Below, one piece after another: positions 13,554 to 23,931 of a DNA stretch of 64,000 nt. The position numbers and the translations under genes are program-made. Every line of letters begins with the position of its first letter. Position 1 is the stretch's first letter. This DNA comes from Felis catus (Eukaryota): assembly GCF_018350175.1 (NCBI RefSeq), contig NC_058368.1, forward strand, positions 164,178,001-164,242,000, given 5' to 3'. The notes under the pieces are model-generated. The model worked only from the letters and a program-made list of their open reading frames with translations, was not told the DNA's origin and made no database searches.

Positions 13554-13957
13554 GGGGCAGCTGGTGGGTTTAATTAAGCATCTAACTCTTTTTATTTTTT
13601 TTAAAGGTTTATTCATTTCTCAGAGACAGAGCATGAGCAGGGTAGGGGCAGAGAGAGAGAGGGAGACAGAATCTGAAACAGGCTCCAGGCTCTGAGTTGT
13701 CAGCACAGAGCCCGATACAGGGCTTGAACTCCTGGACAGCGAGATCATGACCTTAGCCGAAGTCAGATGCTTAACCGACTGAGCCACCCAGGTGCCTCAA
13801 GTGTTTAACTCTTGATTTTGGCTCAGGTCATGATCTCACAGGGAGATTAAGCCCAGCATCAGGCTTTGCGCTGTCAGCACATCTTGGGATTCTCTCTCTT
13901 CTCCTCTCTCTGCCACCGCCCCCCCCCACCCTCAAAATAAATCAACTTAAGAAAAAG
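13554..13957 (+). mobile_element. Older Can-SINE split by a second SINE
   Basis: Head at 13554-13590 resumes at 13799 (..ACTCTTGATTTTGGCTCAGGTCATGATCTC). Confidence 0.88.
13591..13798 (-). mobile_element. Can-SINE (SINEC_Fc) nested in another SINE
   Basis: Antisense full-length SINE; diverged 15-bp TSD at 13576-13590 and 13799-13813. Confidence 0.93.
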
Positions 13958-14726
13958 TCTCCTTATTTGAATGATAGAGGTTTCTCTATAGTGATTACAG
14001 TGAATCACCTGAAAATGAATATGCCAAAGTATATGTTCCAGAAAGTTTGGGTATTTTTAAATTGCCTATTCATGTAATTTAGACCTCAAATCCCTATCAA
14101 TCTTATAATTTGGTCAAGAGAAAGATGTTGTCCAGCAATTACTTTGGATTCCTACAGTATGCTAGGTACAAGCACTTTGTCATTTCACTCATACAGATGA
14201 GGACAATTCCGAGCAGTTGAGGATACTGATGCTTAGCAAGGTTGAATAACATGACTAGTTATTGTCTATATAATAACTTGACTTATGAGTGAAGTGTGAG
14301 TCAAATTTGTGTCTCTGATTCCAAAGACCATGATCTACTGAATTATTTGATTAGTTTCTTTCATGTTTGTTTTCCTTACCTGTAATGCTAAAGGGGTTCT
14401 CTTAGACTCTTTGGTAGTAAAACTAGGGATACAAGCTGAATCTTAGATTTTAAGGTTTCCATTGTCAAAATTTTTCCTCCTCTTCAACTGAATTTTTTAA
14501 TAATTCAGTAATAGAACTAGTTTGGATGAAACTCAAAATTTGAGATAAGAGACTCAACATTCATGCATTTCAAAATTCAAGCTTTTCCTCCATCATGTGC
14601 AACTCTCTCTCATGGTATTTGGAGAGAGTAATGAAAGAACCTTAGATTCTCAGGTATCAATCACATCTTATGTGGTTATTAATATTTTAAACAATTTACT
14701 AACAATTTAACTATTCAATTTACTTC

Positions 14727-15150
14727 TGTTGGAGGAGGTCATCAAGAAGATATAACTGGCGGTTGACCCATGAGCTGGATCTGAGCAATTGGAGGCTCCC
14801 CACCCCCTCCCCTGTCCTTGGAATGTGTGTTCTGTTTGCTTTCTGTGTTCCCAGAAGCTACTCTAAGGATATTTAGATTTGAGATAGGAATGTGTTGAGG
14901 CTATCTTGACTGAGTGTGAGACTAAACCCAGTTAGGGCCTCTATATAAACTTCTAAGAGTTGGCTGGTGAGTGTAATCTACCTGTTTTGAGGCTGCCCAA
15001 GACAAGCCTCTTATGTCTGTTCCCTTGATTATTAAACCTGCCATCTACCAATCTGGAGTCATCTGCCTCATCAGTCTCTCTCTATCCTCCATGTATGGGG
15101 GCTGGTTTCAGATTACATCAGAAAGTTCCAGAGGAAGTTTCTAACCAACA
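14727..15150 (+). mobile_element. Solo ERV LTR (probably ERVL class)
   Basis: TGTTGG...CCAACA terminal inverted ends, 5-bp near-TSD ACTTC/AATTC, TATATAAA at 14942-14949, ATTAAA at 15031-15036; 424 bp. Confidence 0.85.
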
Positions 15151-15764
15151 AATTCTACCACTTATAAGGAGGAAAAGTAATTAGCTTTTGTTGTTGTTGT
15201 TGTTTTTGTTTTTGTTTTGTTGGATGCCTTGGTCACTTTGCTCTTTCTCTCAGGGACCCATGTAATCATGTTGGTCTAGAATTTGTTCTGAATTTCAGGT
15301 GATAATTGACAGTGAAATAAACATTAATATTTGTAGTATTTCCACAGGGTATGTAATACAAATGATGAAAAGGAACATACATCAAGAGATTTGCTAATAC
15401 ATAGGTGGCTTAATCAAACCCTCACTTGTATCATAGAATGATAGAGGTCAATGAGTGTAAAAGGTAACATATTCTTCTTTTAGTTGAGGTGAGTGAAGTC
15501 TAAAGGAATAATTAATTGATAGTAAAGCCAAGACAAAAACCTGTTCCTTCATAGAGCTGATCAATGAAGGAGCATGATTTAAAGTCCAGCTGCTTGAGTT
15601 CCCATCCTATCCTTCCATGTGGTCCAAGAGCTCTGGATATTCCCTGAGTAGGCAATAGAAGGGTTTTTAGAGGAGAACTGGGTCATATATTTCCTTCCAG
15701 TGACTTCTGAGTCTTTTAGGCGAGGTTGAGTGTGGGTTGCTCTCTGGGATTGATGTCCCCACAG

Positions 15765-15918
15765 TTGCAGAGTAAGCTGCCGCCACTCTGCCCCTGCCCC
15801 CGCCCTATGAAGCAGTTTGTGTTGCTGCTGCAGGATTTCTGGGTGGGGCAGCCAGTCCAGGATTATTGTGCAAGCCTTCTGAAGCTCTACACAGAGAGAT
15901 GCAAATTCCTCCTCCCTG
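15765..15918 (+). pseudogene. CCM2L: CCM2L pseudogene fragment, penultimate coding exon (harmonin-homology domain)
   Basis: LQSKLPPL..MKQFVLLLQDFWVGQPVQDYCASLLKLYTERCKFLLPG resembles recalled human CCM2L [47 protein letters not shown]; bounded by CCCCACAG acceptor and G|GTGAG donor. Confidence 0.9.
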
Positions 15919-16164
15919 GTGAGCCCCAGGAGTTACCAAGGCCCCAACATCATCCATGCCATTCCTAATCAGGCTTGTGGGAGTATTTCCTCCTTATCCC
16001 ACAACTTTGGATAAGGTGGAGATTGCTAGATTCACAGGGCAGTTGAGAAGACTGAGGCAAATAGAGGGGAAGGGACTTGCCTGCATCACAGAGCCAGGAA
16101 ACAGAGCTGGTGAGAACAAAGTACTGATGTAGATGCTTCTTCTTCACACCAAAACTAGTAGAAG

Positions 16165-16990
16165 GATTGATTTTTCCCATCTTACCCCATAAGGAAACTG
16201 AGACTCAGAGAGCCTAAGGAGCTTGTTCAGGGTCACACAGCTGGTAAGGAGGGCTTATAATACCAACAGAAATAATAATACTAATAAGGTAACATGTTCG
16301 ATAGGTTCTATATGTCAAAAATAATCTCACTGAATGCTCACAGTTCTAGGAAAGTAGATACTATTTTTTAAAAAATATTTATTTATTTTTGGGAGGCAGA
16401 CAGAATGCAAGCAGGGGAGGGGCAGAAAGAGAGAGGCAGACATAGAATCTGAAGCAGGCTCTAGGCTCTGAGCTCTGAGATGTCAGCACAGAGCCTGATG
16501 TAGGGTTCAAACCCACAAAGCGCGGATCATGACCTGGGCCAAAGTCAGACACTTAACCAACTGAGCCAACCAGGCTCCCCAAGAAAGTAGATACTATTTC
16601 CCAATTTTGCAGATGAGGAAACTGAGGCCCAGAAAAGCAAGGTAACATATGGAAGCCACATGGCTGCTAAGTAGGAATGGAAGTAAAAGGAGCTAACCAT
16701 TATGGATCGCCTTGCTGTTTAATTCTCACATCTTTACTGGGAGAACAGGTGCAATTATCTTCATTCTGAGGAAAATGGGGCTTAAAACAGTTATTTGATG
16801 AAGGTCATACAGTTAATAAGTGGAAATATAAAAATAGTAATAATAATACTAATAAAACTGAAGTAACATGTGTTGAGCACTTACTATATGCTGAGTATTA
16901 TAGCATGTTCTGTGGCTTAGAGAGTTAAGGGGCTTGTGCAAGACCACAGGCCCAGGAGTGGCAGAGTGGGATTTGAGTTCAGATCTCCAG
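16165..16990 (-). mobile_element. Several MIR fragments inside the CCM2L-derived intron
   Basis: Repeated antisense MIR cores (GAGGAAACTGAGGCCCAGA, GGTCACACAGCTGGTAAG, GTGGCAGAGTGGGATTTGA). Confidence 0.82.
16367..16580 (-). mobile_element. Can-SINE inserted in a MIR
   Basis: 17-bp TSD GAAAGTAGATACTATTT at 16350-16366 and 16583-16599. Confidence 0.95.
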
Positions 16991-17029
16991 AGATGTAGTT
17001 CCTACTGTGGGAGGGGAAGTTGCTGAACA

Positions 17030-17343
17030 CTGAGGCACTTCAACTTGTAGGACATCATCTACTTGGAGGGCTTCCTGGCAGTGTGGGCATATGCAGGGTA
17101 GCATCCTGACCTACAGTGTTAGTCACTTCAAGACAGCATAGACTCCACGCCAAGAACATCTCCCTTGGGGCAGCTCAGTGGCCCAAGATGCAGGCCTGCT
17201 ACTGACTCCCTGCTGACATCAGACATGACATCAGGGGGTTGGGCCCCAAAGACAATGACAAAGATGGGTGCAGAGACAAAGAGGCCAGGGGATCTCTGAG
17301 CAGGGGCAAAATGGCAGAGAACAACCACCTGCAGAGAGTGTGA
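17030..17343 (+). pseudogene. CCM2L: CCM2L pseudogene fragment, last coding exon (frameshifted, premature stops), followed by GC-rich 3'UTR-like sequence to ~17690
   Basis: Pieces DIIYLEGFL / VGI / GSILTYSVSHFK / SIDST / GAAQWPKMQACY*LPADIRHDIRGLGPKDNDKD / MAENNHL track the recalled CCM2L C-terminus [73 protein letters not shown]. Confidence 0.88.
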
Positions 17344-18149
17344 AAGGGGTGGCCCTGCATCTCTAGCCTCTTGAGTTTCACTCCGGATAGAAGAATGCCA
17401 TCTCCCAATACCCTCCCTATACCTGAGCCAGGATCCCCGCTCTTGGTGGGTTTCTGTGTGTGCCCTCCCAGCGCTGTCCCAGGGGTTCCAAGAATGTTCT
17501 ATGGGGGTTGAGGGAAAGGGGAGGTGACCCTGAAGTCCTGGGTCAGAAACCTGTATCTGAGGGGGCGTCCCACTTTGTCCCACTAGCACCAAGTAATTGG
17601 CCCCAGGGCACCCACGACCCTTCAGCTTTCTGGAAGCCGAGGGAGAATAAGGCGGGGGTATATACTGTCTGGCCTGACTGACTGAAAAAACAATTCTCAG
17701 ACCTCTGAAACGTCTCTCTTAGTCCTGTTTTACAGATATGCAAACTGAGATTCAAAAGAGGGGAAGGGACCCAAAACATTTGTATTTTTGTCCTCTAATA
17801 TTTTATGTCTTATTTTCTACTCCAACATATTGTTTGTTTTGGTAACTTTTAAATCACTATTAAGAATCTATAGTTTTTTTATTTGAATAAATGTAGAAAT
17901 CTTCTATATGTACTAGGAGTCTTTTATATGTGGTAGCTACTCAGTGACTGTTTATTTGAATATTTTAATTAGAAGGCAAATGGAAAGGAGTATCTTCGTA
18001 CCATTTTAGACAATCCATGAGTCCTATTGATAAAGGGATTTCAACCAAAGGGCTCTTCAAGAAAGAGTAAGATAATAAGCCCCACAGGTAGAAGGAAAGA
18101 GTGTGCTAAGGATAACGACCCTCATACTATAAGATTTAGGGTCCTGACG

Positions 18150-18340
18150 GTTAGAGAAAGTGGATTTAAGAGGACGTGAAAGCAAATGTGCCTATTCAGC
18201 TGCTGATCAGAAAATGACAGATGGATTCACTGAGAAAGTTGAAAAGGCACACCAGAAGAAGAAAACAGTACTATTATTTAAGATAATGGAGACATCCTTC
18301 ACAGATCGTTTCTGGGAAAACCAGCAGGCAAGTTTATCCC
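18150..18340 (+). mobile_element. Possible ancient CR1/L3 LINE endonuclease-region remnant
   Basis: CAYSAADQ..DGF..TVLL..IM/GD..DRFWEN weakly resembles the CR1 endonuclease motif series YRPPDQ..DEAF..LVLMGDFN.PDICW. Confidence 0.3.
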
Positions 18341-18502
18341 CTGATTGAGGCACTGAATACTTTTCAATCAGAGCACAATGAGTTGACCCAATAAAAGTTT
18401 TCAGAGCAAAAGTAAAGCAAAATAGAAGACATTAGAGGCAGCAAGCATTTTACCTTTGTATAGTTTGCAATGCCATTGAGCAATGACATTAGCCATCTTA
18501 AG

Positions 18503-19010
18503 GCAGCATTTCTTAAAGTGTCTAGTGGTGTTGTGAGACCCTTTCACTGTTCTGTGAAGTCAAAACTATCTTCATAGTAATACTGAGGTGTTATTTGCCT
18601 TTACCAGTTTTATTCTCCCATGGATACATAATAAAATTTTTCCAGAGGCTACATAAAGTGTGATACCACAACAGATTGAATGCAGATTTTTGAATATAGA
18701 TGTCTTCTATTTAGTAGAGATACTAAAGAGATTTCCAAAAAATATAATAGAGTGCCACTCCTCTATTTTTTAATTTCATTTAGAAATCCAGTTATTTTTA
18801 CTAAAAATATTATTTATGTTAGTGTATGATGGATATGTTACTATTCTCCTAAAATAAATTAGTAAATATTTTTTAAATTTCTTAGCTTTAATTTCAGATA
18901 TGATAAATATTGGTAGATAAAATAAACATCCACAAAACCCCTTAGCACCCTCCATATGTTTTTTAAAGTATAGAGAGATTTTAAATACAAAATGTTTCAG
19001 GACCTTTGTC
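18503..19010 (+). mobile_element. hAT-Charlie family non-autonomous DNA transposon
   Basis: CAGCATTTCTTAAAGTGT start; GAGACCCTTTCA..GTCAAAACTATCTTCATAGTAATACT..TTTTCCAGAGGCTACAT motifs. Confidence 0.7.
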
Positions 19011-19044
19011 TTTAGGGATATGAGAATGTTTCTTCTAAAAACTG

Positions 19045-19490
19045 CTTATGTATGGTGGAGATTTGGCATGATCACTAATGTTCATTTCTCTTCTTTTGGA
19101 AACATGGGAGGAGTATCTTTCCTCACATCCCTATGACTAAGCAGACCTATGTGACTAGTTCTAGAATGCATTGTGGTAGCAGCGATATCTATGTGTCACT
19201 GTCTGTCAGAACATTTGATGGTCGATACGATATTTTTCAGAACTCTGTTTTCCTGCCATTGTGACCATGGAGGCATGTGTTGACATGAATGTGCCAAAGA
19301 TTAAAGCAGCCTGGGATACTGAGCCAACCTTAGGAGGAAGAGCAGCTCTGGAAGACCACCTGGGCTGGCTGTAGACCTGGCATGAACTAGGAAAAAGGTG
19401 TTTTTTTTTTTTTTTTTAGTGATAAATCCCTGAGACTTAAAGGCTGGTTACTACTCTTGCATAAACTAACCTGTCCTGGTTTAAACTGGC
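19045..19490 (+). mobile_element. MaLR MLT1-family LTR
   Basis: ATGTGACTAGTTCT..ATGTGTCACT, CCTGCCATTGTGACC, CTGAGACTT..GGCTGGTTACT motifs. Confidence 0.75.
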
Positions 19491-20559
19491 ATGGGCAGAC
19501 AATTTTAGGGGCTCATTACACTGAGAGCTAAGGGAAAGTCCCCATGCTATTAGAATTAAAGATGATTCAGAATACTTTTTCAAAATTCTCACTTATTGTT
19601 TTTTAATGCTTTAGAGGTAATTTAAAAAATGACATCAGGCTCTGTACCCAATGTACCTAATACAGATAATAGGTAGGTCCTCACTCTTTAGGAACATGTG
19701 ACCTAAATGCTACCTTTTTATTTTGGGTGCTTTGGGAAATCCAGAGCTTTGGGAAATACAGTGACAAAGACAGTCTTCAATGTCATGATTTAACTTAAAG
19801 GCATGAATTTGAGGAATAGCCAAGGGCAAAGTATGTATGTCAACTAAGTTGGCACATTTTCCAGCGCTTTCCAGGGTGTTCCTGTAAAGCCTTAGGCTTA
19901 CATCTTATTTACCACTCTTAGTTATGAGGAAGGCTGGAAATCACAGTTTGTTTGCTTTTTTGTTGTTGTTGTTGTTACTGTTAGGTATATTGATACTCTG
20001 AAGAAAATTGGTGGTTCTTAATAAGGTGGAAGAGCAGATAGATATTGACTGGGAGCTAAGCATGTCTCCTATACTTACCCTTCATTTTTTTGAGGATCTC
20101 TCCCCCTCGATTATGCCAAGAACATGAACTCTCACATGCTGCAAAGGTATGGAATCAGTCCCCAGTGCTCCAGAATATCACTGTGTTACCCACCACCCTG
20201 GTTCACACAGCTGCTTCATGTCTAGTGGCGATCTACTTCTCACATGTGACTTTGGAGGCTGGGACATCTTTTCTTATAAACTGCTGTTGGGTCCATCTGC
20301 ACTGATGCACCACACAGTCATTCTCCCCACTGGTCTCAGCTCTGGGAGTCAAGGGCAGGTTCCCATTGCTCCTGGACCCCACAGACTGCTGTTCTCATAC
20401 ATTCTTTCTAAAAGCAAGGAAATTGGCTTTCTTTCATGTTGTAAACCTCGTCATTTTGCCAATGTCTAAAAATCCTCTCCATCCTTTGGAAGCAGAAAGA
20501 TTTATGGACTATTTTTTCTGATGCACCTCTCCATAAGGCAACATTTACAGTACCAATTC

Positions 20560-21300
20560 CCTATTTGAATAGAAGAGAGGGAGAAGAAAATACAAGTTAA
20601 CATCACAGTGTCATACTGCCACATTAGTGATTGGTTTTCAATATAATGTTGTAAGGTTTCTGATATGTATATGCACAGTGTGCTATGGGAGGTCCTAGGA
20701 ATTGGTTCCAGGGGGGTCTCAGTGGTAACTTCCTGCAAAAGGTGATGTCTAAACTGAGAAGTTAGTTGAATCTATCTGGTTGAAAATAAAAGAGGGAGGG
20801 AGAGGCCGAGGAAGGGAGAGAATAAGAAATATTCCTTTCCAGAGAAAGGAAATGGCACATGTAGAAACAAGTGAAAAGTATGAAGGAGTCAAAGGATTCA
20901 GTAATTCAATCCATGGCTTGAGAGTACAATGTGAAATAGAGAGGGATGGTGATGGAGAAGGGGCAAGACAGGAAATGCTCTTTTGGATTTTATCAATGTG
21001 GAAACCAAGCGGCTGTAAAGATTATACGTTAGTAATAGCTCTCTGGCTACAATTTGAAAAATGGATTGAAGCTGTACAACAGCTAGGGAGACCTTATAGA
21101 GATCTGTTGTAATTATTTTGGTAAGAGACAATGTCAGGTTGACCTCATGTGATAGCACTGGGAAGAAAATAATTGAATGAATTGGAGGGTTATTATGGCC
21201 ATAGCATAATTACTAACTTCACGAATCAACCTTTGTCTTTGGATTGGCAGTTGAGTGTGCGTTAGTGACATTCTCTGAGATAATAAGACACAGAAGGAGG
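20560..21300 (-). mobile_element. L2 fragment
   Basis: Purine-rich antisense L2 (GTGCTATGGGAG, GGTGATGTCTAAACTGAGA, GGGAGACC..GTTGTAAT). Confidence 0.7.
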
Positions 21301-22454
21301 ATCACATTCTATGAGGCAGCTCCCTTATCTACAAATCCCTCCCATTTCCTGCTCTATTTGTTTTTAGAACTTAAAAATATGTGTTATATTTTATTTTTTC
21401 TGACTTTTTACATTGCCACTACCATGTAAACTCCTTGCGAGAAAGTATTTGTAAGAGTTCTGTTCTCTGTTGTATCCCTGACTTCTAGAACAATGCCAAA
21501 CACATCGTGGCTACTGAATAAATATTGGATAAATTGTTGGGTGACTGATTGACTGCCTAAATGAGTAAGAATGGGTCAATAGTAAAATAAATAACGTTCA
21601 GTCTTTAGAGCCTCTGTGTGTGAGTTGCCTTTTGATATTCTTTTGGGGATGTCTAGTAGACCTTATTAGATATCTTTTGTAGCTCAGATGATGAATTGGT
21701 GTAAAAATAGAACTTTGAACCTCAAAATATAGATGGACTTTGAAATAATGAGAGTGAATGAGATGTCTGTACTGTGGTTCAGCTTTTGGTTAAAGAGAAT
21801 ATCCAATCAAGTAGCATTCTTCTTTGCAGCTACTGTTAAACCTGATAGAAATTTCCTTTCTTCATCAAGACCATAAGACTCCTCTGTGAAGGCACCTTTC
21901 CCACACTCTATCAGTCTCTTCTTCACAGAGAATATAATCCCTTCATTGAGATGTATAAATTCTTACATTTCCTATTATATCTTATGTATCATGTTCTATC
22001 TCATGGCTTAGGTTACTTAGATACATAGGGACTTTATAAGATTTGGTGATTGATAATGAAGAAGTTGCCAAAAACAAAGGCTACTTATCTGGCACTCCTT
22101 CCAGTCTTATATAAATGCTCTTGGGGAAAAAAAATGCTCTTGGAAAATGTTATATTCACCTAAGTATTTTCCTAACACCTCCCATTTTCTTTCTAATTAT
22201 TCCTTTTTACATTTTTTAAATGAGCCACACCTAAATGATTTTTCTCAGGAGAAAAAGTTTAAGACATCAGACAGATATTTGCTCCCCCCGCCTCTTTTTA
22301 GGTGGAGTTAGTTTCTAATTTGCCACCGATTGTAATAATAGGGAATTCAAAATTCTACCCACTAGTCAGATACAGAGCCAAATTTCATGAATGAGTTCTA
22401 GAAGGTAGAATTTAATGATGTCTCTTTGTAGTAGTTGCTTTGGGAATGATTTTA

Positions 22455-22455
22455 T

Positions 22456-22521
<66 letters not shown>
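22455..22521. repeat. (CA)n(TA)n microsatellite
   Basis: Directly visible. Confidence 0.98.
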
Positions 22522-22523
<2 letters not shown>

Positions 22524-23710
22524 TTTGTTTTTTTACAGTAAATATGAAAGGAGTCCTCAGATGAGAAGGTGTTGATGCTTATAAACATAGCTGGAAATGT
22601 AATGTGGCTGAGGAACTGATGGGGGCCAGGCATCACTAGTGTGTTATTTTCATTCCTGGCAATAAGGTACACCACAGTGGTCTCAGGAGACTCAAGATAG
22701 ATTCATGAGTTGGGGGATACATTGACTGACTTTAGTGATAAGAAATATTTCCAGGTTTTATATTACAATTAGAATAATAATTTTATTATAGCTTTTAGTT
22801 AACCAATACAGTTTCTATGTAAGAGCTTAAAAGAGTTTGAGGGATAGAGATGTAAAAAAGGGAATTATCTGCCTAATATCATCTTTCTCAAGAAATTATG
22901 CCAAGTTATGCTGAGATTCCTTAGAAGTCATCCAGCCCCTTGTGGTAAGTTTGTGTTCATCAAGTATAAGGGATGGCTGGCTATAGGTTGTTATAAAATT
23001 GCTTGCAGTCAATCTATAAATGATTTGGAAATAAGAATGAAACCACTGAAAACTTGGCTTTGCCATATAAATTGTAAAATTTGTGAAGTCAGGGACTATG
23101 CATTATTTTTTAAAAATACTATTCATTATATTTCAAAGCCCCCCACATCCACAAAAATGCAGCTAAACAAGTATTTACTGATCATTATTAATTACACAAG
23201 TAATTTGAAATCATGCTTTAATACATTTTTTTTATAGCTCAGTGTTTGCTATATGCAGGATATTCATTTTTAGCTTTTAATGCCCTAGTTTGGAAGTCTT
23301 TAAATACAAATTTTAGGTACAGAGTAATTTACCCAAAAGTTTATCAGTAGAGTTTTAAATGGAACCAAGGACTTTATATTCTTAGTCTTTGTATTAGATA
23401 ACAGAAATGATTCTTAAAGTGTTTTTTTCCTTGTGGATAGAGCAAGTCCTTTGGGAATCAATTATTCTTCAACTGTGAAATGAATAGTTTTCTCCTTATC
23501 TCAAAAAAAGACAAAAAATGAAGCGAAACAAAACAACAAACTCTTGGAGATCATCAGATATTCATTAAGTGAAAGGTTTGAGGGTGAAACATGGATCAAC
23601 CCATTTGTAGTACAGTTCTGAGATAGTTGCTTGAAGCTCTGAGCAGAGGTCTGTCTGTATTCCACACCTTACCCTCTTTCATCCACAATCACAAGAACTT
23701 CTGAAATTGT

Positions 23711-23931
23711 GGGGGCACCTGGGTGGCTCAGTCAGTTCAGCATCCAACTTCAGCTCAAGTTATGATCTCATCGCTCATGAGTTCGAGCCCTGTGTCAGGC
23801 TCTGTGCTGATAGCCCAGAGCCTGGAGCCTACTTCGGATTCTGTGTCTCCCTCTCTATCTCTCTCTGTAACCTCCGTCGTTCATGCTCTGTCTCTTTTTC
23901 TCTCTCTCAAAATTATATAATCATTAAAAAA
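23711..23931 (+). mobile_element. Can-SINE
   Basis: Head plus tail; 18-bp TSD AAGAA(C/A)TTCTGAAATTGT at 23693-23710 and 23932-23949. Confidence 0.95.

Noticed and set aside
15765..17343. Functional CCM2L gene
   Set aside because: Last exon has frameshifts, in-frame stops and no clear acceptor; upstream exons are not found in the preceding 15 kb.
17128..17592. 154-aa minus-strand ORF
   Set aside because: Antisense shadow of the CCM2L pseudo-exon and UTR.
20070..20500. Moderately GC-rich unique block with 71- and 106-aa ORFs
   Set aside because: No recognisable translation, poly(A) or TSD; may be an old LTR but cannot be assigned.
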